Source: an uncultured Candidatus Rokubacteria bacterium (GTDB lineage Bacteria; Methylomirabilota; Methylomirabilia; Rokubacteriales; CSP1-6). Taken from it: DNA of 64,000 nucleotides. The stretch's first letter is position 1; each line of letters starts with the position of its first letter. The stretch is taken from positions 864,001 through 928,000 of the forward strand of contig CAVXJS010000011.1 in NCBI GenBank assembly GCA_963762145.1, given 5' to 3'. A program made the translations under genes and the position numbers. This document shows positions 45,740-54,765 of this stretch, piece after piece. The notes beneath the pieces were generated by a model. It worked only from the letters and a program-made list of their open reading frames with translations. It was not told the origin of the DNA and ran no database searches.

Positions 45740-47056
45740 ATGTCCAAGCTCCACCTGATCACGTACGGCTGCCAGATGAACGAGTACGATTCCGAGCGGG
45801 TGGCCGGTCTGCTCAAGCAGGAGCGGTACGAGCTCACGGACCGCCCGGAGGACGCCGACCTGATCCTGCTCAATACCTGTTCGATCCGGGAGAAGGCGGA
45901 AGACAAGGTCTTCTCGCAGCTCGGGGCTCTCCGGCATCTCAAGCGCGCCCGGCCGGACCTGGTGATCGGGGTCATGGGCTGCATGGCGCAGCTCCAGAAG
46001 GGTCGGATCCAGGAGCGCGCGCCCTACGTGGACCTGGTCTTCGGCTCGCCCGCGATCGCCCGCGTCGCCGAGCTGGTCGACCGCGCGAAGCAGGGGCGGG
46101 GACCGGTGCTCGAGACCGGCGAGGGCGCGCTGGTCAAGATCACCGCGCGGCCCGAGGGCGGCCGGCGGCTCAAGGCCTTCGTCACGGTGATGGAGGGCTG
46201 CGAGAAGTACTGCACGTTCTGCGTCGTGCCAACGACTCGAGGCCGCGAGCGCAGCCATCCGCCCGAGACCATCGTGGAGGAGATCCGCGGGCTCGCGGAG
46301 GCGGGCTGCCGCGAGGTCACGCTGCTCGGCCAGACCGTGAACGCCTACGGGCGGGATCTGACTCCCGCCACCGATCTGGCCGAGCTCTTCGAGCGCGTCA
46401 ACGAGATCGCCGGTATCGAGCGCATCCGCTTCACCACGTCGAACCCGTACAACCTCACACCCCGGCTGATTCGCGCCATCCGCGACGTCCCCAAGGTCTG
46501 CGAGTACCTGCACCTGCCGCTGCAGTCGGGCTCGGACCGCGTGCTCGAGCGGATGAACCGCGGCTACACCCGCGCCCGCTACCTCGAGCTGATCGCGGAG
46601 CTCAAGGAGACGGTGCCGGACCTCGCGCTCTCCACCGATCTCATCGTGGGCTTCCCCGGCGAGACCGAGGAAGACTTCGCGCGCACGAGTCGAGATGGTC
46701 GAGGCGGTCGGCTACGACAACGTCTTCGCGTTCCGGTACTCGCGCCGGCCGGGCACGCCCGCGGCGGAGATGGACGATCAGGTGCCGGAAGAGGTGAAGG
46801 CGGACCGCAACCGGCGCATCCTCGAGATCGCGACCCGGGTGGGCGCCGCGCGGAGCCAGCGTCCTCGAAGGGCCAGACCCTGCCGGTCCTGGTGGACGGC
46901 GTCTCGCGCAAGAACGCGGGCGAGGCGACCGGGCGTACCCGCTGCAATCGAGTGGTGAACTTCGATCCCGGAGGTCGCGACCTGCTGGGCCGCGTGGTGC
47001 CGGTGCGTGTCGTCCGCGCGCTGCCGCACAGTCTCCGCGGGGAGCCAGAGGTCTAG
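45740..47056 (+). CDS. miaB: tRNA methylthiotransferase MiaB (compensating frameshifts near 46690 and 46860)
   Basis: TYGCQMNEYDS, NTCSIREKAE, GCEKYCTFCVVP radical-SAM motif, LLGQTVNAY, TRAM domain. Confidence 0.95.
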   Translation: MSKLHLITYGCQMNEYDSERVAGLLKQERYELTDRPEDADLILLNTCSIREKAEDKVFSQLGALRHLKRARPDLVIGVMGCMAQLQKGRIQERAPYVDLVFGSPAIARVAELVDRAKQGRGPVLETGEGALVKITARPEGGRRLKAFVTVMEGCEKYCTFCVVPTTRGRERSHPPETIVEEIRGLAEAGCREVTLLGQTVNAYGRDLTPATDLAELFERVNEIAGIERIRFTTSNPYNLTPRLIRAIRDVPKVCEYLHLPLQSGSDRVLERMNRGYTRARYLELIAELKETVPDLALSTDLIVGFPGETEEDFARTSRDGRGGRLRQRLRVPVLAPAGHARGGDGRSGAGRGEGGPQPAHPRDRDPGGRRAEPASSKGQTLPVLVDGVSRKNAGEATGRTRCNRVVNFDPGGRDLLGRVVPVRVVRALPHSLRGEPEV

Positions 47057-47066
47057 GAGGCGCGCC

Positions 47067-47600
47067 ATGTGGCTGGAGATGAAAGTGAAGGGACTTGCGC
47101 TCGATCCGCTCTCCAACATGCCCATGATCATCCTCCGGGACGAGGAGGAGAAGCGCTCCCTCCCCATCTGGGTGGGCCTCTTCGAGGCCAACGCCATCGC
47201 GCTCGAGCTGGAGAAGATCTCCACGCCGCGGCCCATGACGCACGACCTGATCAAGAACATCCTGGAGTCGCTCGACGCCCGGGTGCAGAAGATCGTGGTC
47301 AACGATCTCCGCGACAACACCTTCTTCGCGGTCATCCACCTCCGCCTGGGCAGCGCCGACATCACGGTGGACTCGCGCCCGTCGGACGCGATCGCGCTCG
47401 CGCTGCGGGTGGGCGCGCCGATCTTCGTGGAAGAGGACGTCGTCCAGAAGGCCCGCAGCGTCGAGGTCGCCAAGGAGACCGAGATCGGCACCGGCAAGGG
47501 CGACGACCAGGCCAAGATCAAGGAGTGGCTCGAGTCGCTCAAGCCGGGCGACTTCGATCGGATCGAGCGCGGCAAGGACCCGAAGAGCCCGGACGAGTAG
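47067..47600 (+). CDS. Bifunctional nuclease family protein (DUF151)
   Basis: LPIWVGLFEANAI, PRPMTHDL, DSRPSDAIALALR. Confidence 0.92.
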   Translation: MWLEMKVKGLALDPLSNMPMIILRDEEEKRSLPIWVGLFEANAIALELEKISTPRPMTHDLIKNILESLDARVQKIVVNDLRDNTFFAVIHLRLGSADITVDSRPSDAIALALRVGAPIFVEEDVVQKARSVEVAKETEIGTGKGDDQAKIKEWLESLKPGDFDRIERGKDPKSPDE

Positions 47601-47603
47601 TGG

Positions 47604-48753
47604 ATGCGGGTCGGGCTGTTCACCAACAACTACCTGCCGTTCCGCGGCGGGGTCGCGACGGCGGTCGAGACCCTGCGGCAGGGGCTTGAGGCGCTCGGCC
47701 ACCGGACCTGGATCTTCGCGCCCGCGGCCCAGCCGCCGGAGCGCCGATCCGCCCCACGTCTTCCGCTACCCGTCGATCCCCGCGCCGACCTATCCGGGCT
47801 TCTCGCTGCCGCTGCCCGTGTCGCGGCGGCTCGGCCGGGCCGCCCGCGCGCTCGACCTCGACGTCATCCACGTCCACCATCCGTTCCTGCTCGGCCTGAC
47901 CGGCCGGCGCCTGGCGCGCCGCCAGCGGCGCCCGCTCGTGTTCACGTATCACACGCGCTACGAGAAGTACGCCCACTACGTGCCGCTGCCGCCGCGACTC
48001 GTCCGGAGCCTCGCGGTGCGGCTGGCCTGCCGCTTCGCCGACTCCGCGGACCTGGTCGTGGCGCCCTCCGAGCACGTGGCCGACACGCTGCGGCGCCGGG
48101 GCGTGCGCGCGCCGGTCGCGGTGATTCCCACCGGGGTGGACCTCGAGCTCTTCAGTCCAGGCAGCCGGGAGCGCGCCCGCCATCGCCTGGGGCTGCCCGC
48201 CGACGGGTTGATCTGCCTCTACACCGGCCGGCTCGATCGCGAGAAGAGCCTCGAGCGCGTGCTCGACGCCTTCGAGTCGGTAGCCGCCGCGGTGTCCAGC
48301 GCCACGCTGCACCTGGTGGGCAAGGGCAGCCACGGCCTGGCGCTCGAGCGGCGCGCGGCGACAGGCCGGGCGGGGCGGCGCATCGTCTTCCACGGCGGTC
48401 TCGTGCGCGAGGCGTTGCCCGACTACTACCGCGCCGCCGATCTGTTCCTCTTCGCGTCCGAGACGGAGACGCAGGGGCTCGTGCTGGCCGAGGCCCACGC
48501 CTGCGGGCTGCCTGCGGTCGCGGTGCGGGCCTCGGGCGTCGAGGAGGTGGTGGCCGACGGGGAGACGGGGATCCTCACCAAGGCCGAGACCGGGGAGATG
48601 GCCGACGCGGCCATCGGCCTCCTGCTGGACGCCGGTCGCCGCGCGAGCATGGGCCAGGCGGGGCGCCGGCTGGTGGAGGCGCGCTTCGCGGCTCCCCGGC
48701 AGACCGCGGCCATGGTCGCGCACTACGAAGCGTTGCTGGCCCGTCGGCCCTGA
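47604..48753 (+). CDS. GT4 glycosyltransferase, diacylglycerol glucosyltransferase-like (frameshift near 47740)
   Basis: MRVGLFTNNYLP..GGV, TYHTRYEKYAHY, GRLDREK, FASETETQGLVLAEA. Confidence 0.88.
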
Positions 48754-49022
48754 TGGCGCTTCCGGCGGCCGGCCGCAACCTGAGGGTGGGATTCCAGGTC
48801 GAGTGGGATCCGCATACCGCCGGGCCCGGCCACCACGGGCTGCTCTCGTGGGATCCCCGCGTGCGCACGCTGCTGCGCGTGCTCGTGTCCTATCCGGAGG
48901 TCCGGTACATCCTGCCGGACCGGATCAGTCTGGAATCCTCCGCCGATCCGCGTACGCTCGAGACCATGGCCCGCTTCCTCGAGCGGCAGGTCTGGCTGGT
49001 GCGCCGCGTCGCGGTGAGCTGA
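48753..49022 (+). CDS. Hypothetical protein (89 aa), translationally coupled on both sides
   Basis: TGATG overlaps at both ends; protein-like composition. Confidence 0.7.
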   Translation: MALPAAGRNLRVGFQVEWDPHTAGPGHHGLLSWDPRVRTLLRVLVSYPEVRYILPDRISLESSADPRTLETMARFLERQVWLVRRVAVS

Positions 49023-50332
49023 TGATCTGGGACCGCAAAGCCGAGACCGCGTCCCGGAGCGCGATGCGCGCGCTGCAGGGCGAGCGGCTGCGGGCGACGG
49101 TTGCCCGGGCCCGCGCGCGCGTGCCCTTCTATCGCGACGCGCTTGCCGCGGCCGGCGTGAAGGACGAGGCGGTGACGCTGGAGCGCCTGGCCGAGCTGCC
49201 CTTCACGGTGAAGGACGACCTGCGCCAGCACTACCCGTTCGGGCTCTTCGCGGTGCCGCGCGAGGAGGTCATCCGCATCCACGCCTCCTCCGGCACCCGG
49301 GGCAAGCCCACCGTGGTGGGTTACACCAGAAACGATCTCCGGATCTGGCGAGAGGTCATGGCCCGGGCGCTCGCGGCCGCGGGCGCCGAGCCCGGCCAGC
49401 TCATCCAGATCGCCTACGGCTATGGCCTCTTCACCGGCGGGCTGGGCTTCCACGACGGCGCCGAGCACATGGGGCTCACCGTGGTGCCCGTCTCCTCGGG
49501 CAACACGCTCCGCCAGATGCTCCTGCTCCAGGATCTCCGTCCCCACGGCCTCGCCTGCACGCCGTCCTTCGCCCTCTACATCGGCGAGAGCCTGCGGGAG
49601 CAGGGGAGCGACCCGCGCGCGATCGGGCTCTCGTACGGCCTCTTCGGCGCCGAGCCGTGGACCGAGGCGATGCGGGCGCAGCTCGAGGCGCTCTGGGGCT
49701 GCCCGGCGGTGGATTTCTACGGCTTGAGCGAGATCATCGGCCCCGGGGTGGCGGGCGAGTGCGTGGAGGCCCGCGACGGCCTGCACGTGAACGAGGACCA
49801 TTTCCTGCCCGAGATCGTCGACCCCCGGACCGGGGCGCCGCTGCCCGCCGGGCAGGAGGGCGAGCTGGTGCTGACCGGGCTCACCAAGGAGGCGCTGCCG
49901 ATGCTCCGCTACCGCACCGGCGACGTCACGCGGCTCGATCCGTCGCCCTGCCGGTGCGGGCGGACCACCGTGCGGATGGCGCGCGTCAAGGGGCGCACCG
50001 ACGATATGCTGATCATCAAGGGGGTCAACGTGTATCCTTCCCAGCTCGAGGCGGCGCTGCTGACGGTGGCGGACCTGGCTCCGCACTACCAGCTCGTGGT
50101 GGACCGGCGGGAGGCGTTCCCGACGCTCGCGGTGCAGGTGGAGCCGGACGAGAGCCTGGTGCGCGAGTGGGGTGGCTTCGGGGCCGCGCCCGCCCGGCTG
50201 GCCGCGCTGTCCGCCCAGGTGGCCGAGTGCCTGCGCGGCCACCTCGGGCTCAACCCGGAGATCGCGATCGTGGCACCGAAGACCATCCCGCGCAGCGAGG
50301 GCAAGGCGGTGCGGGTCGTGGAAAGGAGATAG
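49022..50332 (+). CDS. paaK: Phenylacetate--CoA ligase family
   Basis: YPFGLFAVP, HASSGTRGKPTVVGYT, YGYGLFTGGLG, YGLSEIIGPGV, RYRTGD, IPRSEGKAVRV. Confidence 0.9.
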   Translation: MIWDRKAETASRSAMRALQGERLRATVARARARVPFYRDALAAAGVKDEAVTLERLAELPFTVKDDLRQHYPFGLFAVPREEVIRIHASSGTRGKPTVVGYTRNDLRIWREVMARALAAAGAEPGQLIQIAYGYGLFTGGLGFHDGAEHMGLTVVPVSSGNTLRQMLLLQDLRPHGLACTPSFALYIGESLREQGSDPRAIGLSYGLFGAEPWTEAMRAQLEALWGCPAVDFYGLSEIIGPGVAGECVEARDGLHVNEDHFLPEIVDPRTGAPLPAGQEGELVLTGLTKEALPMLRYRTGDVTRLDPSPCRCGRTTVRMARVKGRTDDMLIIKGVNVYPSQLEAALLTVADLAPHYQLVVDRREAFPTLAVQVEPDESLVREWGGFGAAPARLAALSAQVAECLRGHLGLNPEIAIVAPKTIPRSEGKAVRVVERR

Positions 50333-50334
50333 TC

Positions 50335-51159
50335 ATGGCGGAGCGCGACGAAGCCCGGCTGCTGGCCCGCATCGAGGCGGGGGAGCGCATCGAGTCCCCC
50401 GACGAGATGACCGAGGCGTACCGCGAGAATCTGATCCATCTGATGACCATGCAGGCCGACTCGGAGCTGGCGGGCGGCTACGGCTACGTGCCGTGGATCA
50501 CCCGGGCGCCCGGAGTGGAGGAGAAGCACGTGGTCGCCCAGATCGTGAAGGACGAGCTCCGCCACGCCACCGTGATGTACGGCCTCCTCGCCGACCTGGG
50601 CGTGGACGTGGACGCGCACGTGCAGGCGCACGACGAGGCCTTCACGATGCGGGTGGCCAACGACGCCGACATCGGCACCGCGCGCATCACCGCCGACAAG
50701 CGGGTCAACATCTTCTACTATCCGATCGACACCTGGGCCGACTTCACCTTCTTCAACTTCTGCATGGATCGCGGAGCGGGGCACCAGCTCGAGGACGTGC
50801 GCACGTGCTCCTACGGGCCCTGGGTGCGCGCGATCGAGGGGATCTTCAAGGAGGAGAAGTTCCACATCCGCCACGGCGAGTTCTGGGTGAAGCGCCTCGC
50901 CGAGGACCCGAAGACCCGCGACGAGGCCCAGGCCACGCTCAACAAGTGGTTCATCCGCACCATGAACATCTTCGGGCGACCCGGCTCCCCCAAGAACGTG
51001 GTCTACCGGAAGTATCGCCTCAAGCTGCGCGACAACGACGAGGTGCGCCAGACCTTCGCCCGCGAGGTCGCGGAGAAGGCGGGGGCGGTCGGGCTCACGC
51101 TGCCCGAGTGGAACCCGGTCTGGGACCGCCTGCCCGAAGAGGCGCAGATCCCCGGGTGA
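50335..51159 (+). CDS. PaaA/BoxB-like ferritin-fold diiron aryl-CoA epoxidase subunit
   Basis: IESPDEMTEAYR, QADSE, WITRAP, KDELRH, MDRGAGHQL, CSYGPW, EEKFH. Confidence 0.8.
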   Translation: MAERDEARLLARIEAGERIESPDEMTEAYRENLIHLMTMQADSELAGGYGYVPWITRAPGVEEKHVVAQIVKDELRHATVMYGLLADLGVDVDAHVQAHDEAFTMRVANDADIGTARITADKRVNIFYYPIDTWADFTFFNFCMDRGAGHQLEDVRTCSYGPWVRAIEGIFKEEKFHIRHGEFWVKRLAEDPKTRDEAQATLNKWFIRTMNIFGRPGSPKNVVYRKYRLKLRDNDEVRQTFAREVAEKAGAVGLTLPEWNPVWDRLPEEAQIPG

Positions 51160-51824
51160 TCACCCGGCGCCGGCTCATCGTCGTCGCGCCGGTGGCGCTG
51201 GTGGCGCTGGCCCTCGTCGTCCCCCTCGGCGCGCAGAGCTCCCGCAACGTCAAGGTGGTGCTGGAGTTCAAGCAGCAGACACAGGCCAGCCGCCAGGGCG
51301 TGCAGGGGCAGGGGGGCATCGTGGTGGAGGAGCGTCGCGGCGACCCGCGGGTGCGCGGGCGCGGCGGGCTCGCGGTGGAGGACACCACCACGCGCGTCAC
51401 CCGCTCCTCCGGGCTCTTCACGGTGGTGCAGGACGGCGGCGCCGGCTCGATCATGGTCACGCAGGAGGTTCCGTACCTGCAGGTCGCCTACTACCACGAC
51501 TATGCGACCGGCAAGGGCCTCGTCGCCCAGGGCGTCGCGTGGCAGCGGGTGGGCACCGCGCTCGCGGTGCGCCCGGTGATCCTCCCCGACAAGAAGATCC
51601 GGGTGACGCTCACGCCGGTGATCAGCTACTTCACCCCCGGGGGCGGCGGGACGATCGAGGTCGTGGAGGCGGCGACCGATCTGATCGTGGCGAACGGCGG
51701 GCGGATGCAGTTCGCCGGCAACACGGGTAGCCTCCACGCGATCACGCGGCAGATCCTGGGCTACAGCTCGCAGCAGTCCTCGGAGGAGACGGGGCTGGCG
51801 CTCACCGCGACCATCCTCCCGTGA
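51156..51824 (+). CDS. Secreted mini-secretin-like protein
   Basis: Signal peptide; SIMVTQEVPY, VGTALAVRPVILPDKKIRVTLTPVIS, AATDLIVANG..FAG resemble secretin core strands. Confidence 0.6.
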   Translation: MITRRRLIVVAPVALVALALVVPLGAQSSRNVKVVLEFKQQTQASRQGVQGQGGIVVEERRGDPRVRGRGGLAVEDTTTRVTRSSGLFTVVQDGGAGSIMVTQEVPYLQVAYYHDYATGKGLVAQGVAWQRVGTALAVRPVILPDKKIRVTLTPVISYFTPGGGGTIEVVEAATDLIVANGGRMQFAGNTGSLHAITRQILGYSSQQSSEETGLALTATILP

Positions 51825-52762
51825 CCCGCTACACCGGCAACGGAGCCTACTGCTACGCTAACAGCGTCCACATGGCCCTGCGTGGGTCGGGTGCCACTGC
51901 CGCGGAGCTGCCCGAGCCCGGCTTCATCGAGTGCCTGACCACGATGCCCTTCGGCACGCTCTACCTGCGAGTGGGGCGCGACCTGCTCGTGTACTTCAGC
52001 TCGCCGCTCGCCACGCCGGACCAGGGGATCACCACCGCGCTGGAGGCGCTCGGGTGGGAGTGCCGCGAGGAGCGCGAGGGAGCCCCGGAGGCCGCGCTGG
52101 GCCGCCTCGCCGAGGCGGCCGGGCGCGGGCCGGTGCTCGCGGGGCCGCTCGACATGGGCGGCCTCGGCTACATGCCGCATCACGCGCAGCTCTCCGGCAG
52201 TGATCACTACGTGATCGTGCTGGCTGTCGAGCACGATCGGGTGCGGATACACGATCCCGAGGGCTATCCCTACGCGGCGCTGCCCACCGCCGAGTTTCTC
52301 CGGGCCTGGAAGGCCGACCGCGTACGCTACGCGCAGGTGCCGTACACGATGCGCACCGGCTTCCGCCAGGTGCGTCATCCCGCGCGGGAGGAGATGATCG
52401 CGCGCACCCTGGCGGTGGTCCGGACCAACCTGGCCGCCGACCCGGGCGGACCGGATCAGTACGGCGGGCCGAGGGCCTTCCGCCTGCTGGCCTCGGACCT
52501 GCGGGGCGCGGTGGCCAAGCGGCTGGCCGGGCACCTGACCTACTTCGCGTTCCCGCTCGCGGCCCGGCGCAGCCACGATGCCGCCGCGTTCCTGCGCGAA
52601 GGCGGACGGGCCGCGGCCGCCGGCCTCTTCGAGCGCAAGGCGCACTGCTTCGGCGAGGCCCAGTATGCGGCCGTGCAGGAGCGCTGGGAGGACACCGCCG
52701 GCCTTCTCGAGTCCATCGCGGAGCTCGAGGAGGGCCTGATCCACGCCCTCAGCCCGGCTTGA
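51821..52762 (+). CDS. Papain-fold (C39/BtrH-N-like) protein
   Basis: N-terminal YCYANSVHMAL with HYVIVLAV..RIHDP gives a Cys-His-Asp arrangement. Confidence 0.65.
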   Translation: MTRYTGNGAYCYANSVHMALRGSGATAAELPEPGFIECLTTMPFGTLYLRVGRDLLVYFSSPLATPDQGITTALEALGWECREEREGAPEAALGRLAEAAGRGPVLAGPLDMGGLGYMPHHAQLSGSDHYVIVLAVEHDRVRIHDPEGYPYAALPTAEFLRAWKADRVRYAQVPYTMRTGFRQVRHPAREEMIARTLAVVRTNLAADPGGPDQYGGPRAFRLLASDLRGAVAKRLAGHLTYFAFPLAARRSHDAAAFLREGGRAAAAGLFERKAHCFGEAQYAAVQERWEDTAGLLESIAELEEGLIHALSPA

Positions 52763-53096
52763 AGTAGCGCTCGAGCGGCACGTCGTCGACCCGGAGCAGG
52801 AGCGCTTTCCCAACGATCTCCCGCCGGAGCGGCGCCAGGGCCGCCATCTCCGGGTCGCGCCGGACGGCCTCCAGGCCGCCCGCGGTCTCGAACCGCAGCA
52901 GATGGATCTCGTCCGGCTCGTCCGGCTCGGCCGAATTTGCCGATTGGTCCGCCGCGCGCCACGGGCTCAGGATTCGCTCGAAGCGGCCGCGGTGGCGGCG
53001 GAAGACGGGCAGGGCCAGGTTCTCGTATCGGCGCGGGGCATCCTGCTGACCGGGGTGGAGGTAGATGAGCGCCAGATAGAGGACGCCGCCGATCAT
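52749..53096 (-). CDS. DUF1330-like dimeric alpha-beta barrel protein
   Basis: YENLALPVFRRHRGRFE..PDEIHLLRF..RRDPEMAALAPLR. Confidence 0.65.
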   Translation of the reverse strand: MIGGVLYLALIYLHPGQQDAPRRYENLALPVFRRHRGRFERILSPWRAADQSANSAEPDEPDEIHLLRFETAGGLEAVRRDPEMAALAPLRREIVGKALLLRVDDVPLERYFKPG

Positions 53097-53104
53097 GCCG
53101 GCCG

Positions 53105-53125
53105 AACATTACTTAACATAATGTT
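53105..53125. promoter_or_regulatory. AT-rich palindromic operator overlapping the -10 of the DUF1330 gene
   Basis: AACATTA-cttaaca-TAATGTT perfect inverted repeat. Confidence 0.5.
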
Positions 53126-53181
53126 GCTTATCAGACTAAAGTGGAAGCGGCCAGTCGCCTCGAGGTCCCGGATCGCGGGTG

Positions 53182-53829
53182 CTATTTCGCGGCCGGAGCG
53201 AGCGCGGCGATCCGACCCCGGATCTCTTCGCCGCGCCGGGTCTCGGGCGCGTCCTTGAGCAGGCGCTCGTACGTCGCGCGGGCCTCGGCGGGCTTTCCGG
53301 CCAGCGCCTGGGCGCGCGCGAGATCGAGCAGCGTCTCCTCGAAGAAGAACTGCTTGGGGCCGAGCCCGCGCGCGGCCGCGTCGTAGGCGGCCAACGCGCT
53401 GGCGTAGTTCTTCTGGGCCTCCCAGGTATAGCCGACGCCCGAGGCGCTCAGCGTCCGCAGGCTGCCGCCGGCGCCCTTGGCGAGAGCGATCTCGTAAGCG
53501 GCCCGGGCCGCCGCATAGTCGCCGGCCTGATACTGGAGATTGCCGAGCTGGTAGGCGGCCTGGGCGGCCGCGGCCGACCGGCCGTGCTGGGCCAGGACGG
53601 CCTGGAGCATGTCGATGGCCTTCCGGCGTCCCTCCGGGGTCGCCAGGGGCCCGTCGCCTTGCTGGACCGCTTCGGCGGCGCCGGCCAGCGCCGCCTGGCC
53701 GCGCGTCTCCTCGGCGCGCATCCAGAGCCAGCCCGCGGTCCCCACGAGGCCCAGCGCCACCAGCACGCCGGCGATCTTGAGGCCGAGCCGTGCCGCGCGG
53801 GACTGGAGAAACTCGGCCAGCTCGCTCAC
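53182..53829 (-). CDS. Membrane-anchored TPR protein (YfgM-like)
   Basis: Single N-terminal TM followed by TPR helices (AAYQLGNLQYQAGDYAAA). Confidence 0.75.
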   Translation of the reverse strand: MSELAEFLQSRAARLGLKIAGVLVALGLVGTAGWLWMRAEETRGQAALAGAAEAVQQGDGPLATPEGRRKAIDMLQAVLAQHGRSAAAAQAAYQLGNLQYQAGDYAAARAAYEIALAKGAGGSLRTLSASGVGYTWEAQKNYASALAAYDAAARGLGPKQFFFEETLLDLARAQALAGKPAEARATYERLLKDAPETRRGEEIRGRIAALAPAAK

Positions 53830-54272
53830 CGGCGGCGCTCGTCGGCGGGGCCGGTGGCGTCCGGCCGCTCGATCCAGATCTCGCCCTTGACCGCGGCGCC
53901 GTCGGCGGCCGAGAAGCTGCCGGTCTTGAGCGTGCCGGTCAACACGCCGGTCGGCAGGATCTCCACGCGGGTCGCGGCCGAGAGATTGCCGCGCACGGTG
54001 CCGCCCACCACGATGGCGCGCGCGTTGATGTTGGCATCCACGTCGGCCCCTTCGCCCACCAGCACCCGTCCGGTGACGTTGATGTCGCCCTCGAAGCGAC
54101 CCGCGATGTGGAAGTCGCCCTCGCCCGCCACCTCGCCCTTGAAGATCAGCCCGCCGCCGAGCCCGGCCGGCTCGCTCCGGGCCTCGCGGTGGGCGGCCAG
54201 GTCCGCGGCCAGCGAGTCCGAGTCGCCGCCGCCCAGGCCCAGATATCGGAGAGTGCGGGCCAGCGCGCCCAC
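53826..54272 (-). CDS. Bactofilin (polymer-forming cytoskeletal protein)
   Basis: LIFKGEV..GDFHIAGRFEGDI..VLVGEGADVDANINA..VGGTVRGNL..VLTGTL; start uncertain. Confidence 0.85.
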   Translation of the reverse strand: MGALARTLRYLGLGGGDSDSLAADLAAHREARSEPAGLGGGLIFKGEVAGEGDFHIAGRFEGDINVTGRVLVGEGADVDANINARAIVVGGTVRGNLSAATRVEILPTGVLTGTLKTGSFSAADGAAVKGEIWIERPDATGPADERRR

Positions 54273-54282
54273 GCGCCCGTCT

Positions 54283-54531
54283 CTACGCGCTCGGAGTAGG
54301 CCGCCGGGCGCCCGCCCGGGCGGCTTCCTCACGGCGCAGCCCGAGTCCGGAGCCCACGAGCAGGAGGCACGAGCCGATGAGCAGGAGCGACGCCAGGCGG
54401 CCCGGAGGGACCACCGGCTGCTCGGTGAGCCCGATGGTGAGCTCGACCGGCAGGCTGACCAGCGCCAGCACCGCGATGAGGCCGGTGATCGCGCTCGGTC
54501 GCCACTTCAGCACCCGCGGGACCCGCCGCAT
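54283..54531 (-). CDS. Small 2-TM membrane protein
   Basis: Two hydrophobic helices; TACACT 7 nt upstream of the ATG. Confidence 0.6.
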   Translation of the reverse strand: MRRVPRVLKWRPSAITGLIAVLALVSLPVELTIGLTEQPVVPPGRLASLLLIGSCLLLVGSGLGLRREEAARAGARRPTPSA

Positions 54532-54624
54532 GGCGCGTAGTGTAGCCACCGGGATACTGGATAGCAACCAGAACGGGCCCTACCGCTTGACGGCGGCCGG
54601 GCGCGGGACTACTCTCCTCGTTCT

Positions 54625-54765
54625 ATGCGTGAGGGTGGGCGCGCCCGGCTCCTGCACGTGGCCATCTGGCTGGCCACGCTGTTCTTCACCGCGATGCTCT
54701 TCGTCCCGCTGCTGCGCGAGGCCCTGCGTCGCATGATCGACATGCCGTCCGGCAGTCACTTCTGA
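54625..54765 (+). CDS. 46-aa single-TM small protein (not in the ORF track)
   Basis: MREGGRARLLHVAIWLATLFFTAMLFVPLLREALRRMIDMPSGSHF; promoter TTGACG-17-TACTCT at 54587-54615; TGATG overlap with the next gene. Confidence 0.65.
   Translation: MREGGRARLLHVAIWLATLFFTAMLFVPLLREALRRMIDMPSGSHF

Noticed and set aside
50335-51159. Diiron protein as the MiaE tRNA hydroxylase because it is downstream of miaB
   Set aside because: Motifs match PaaA/BoxB, and it is coupled to an aryl-CoA ligase
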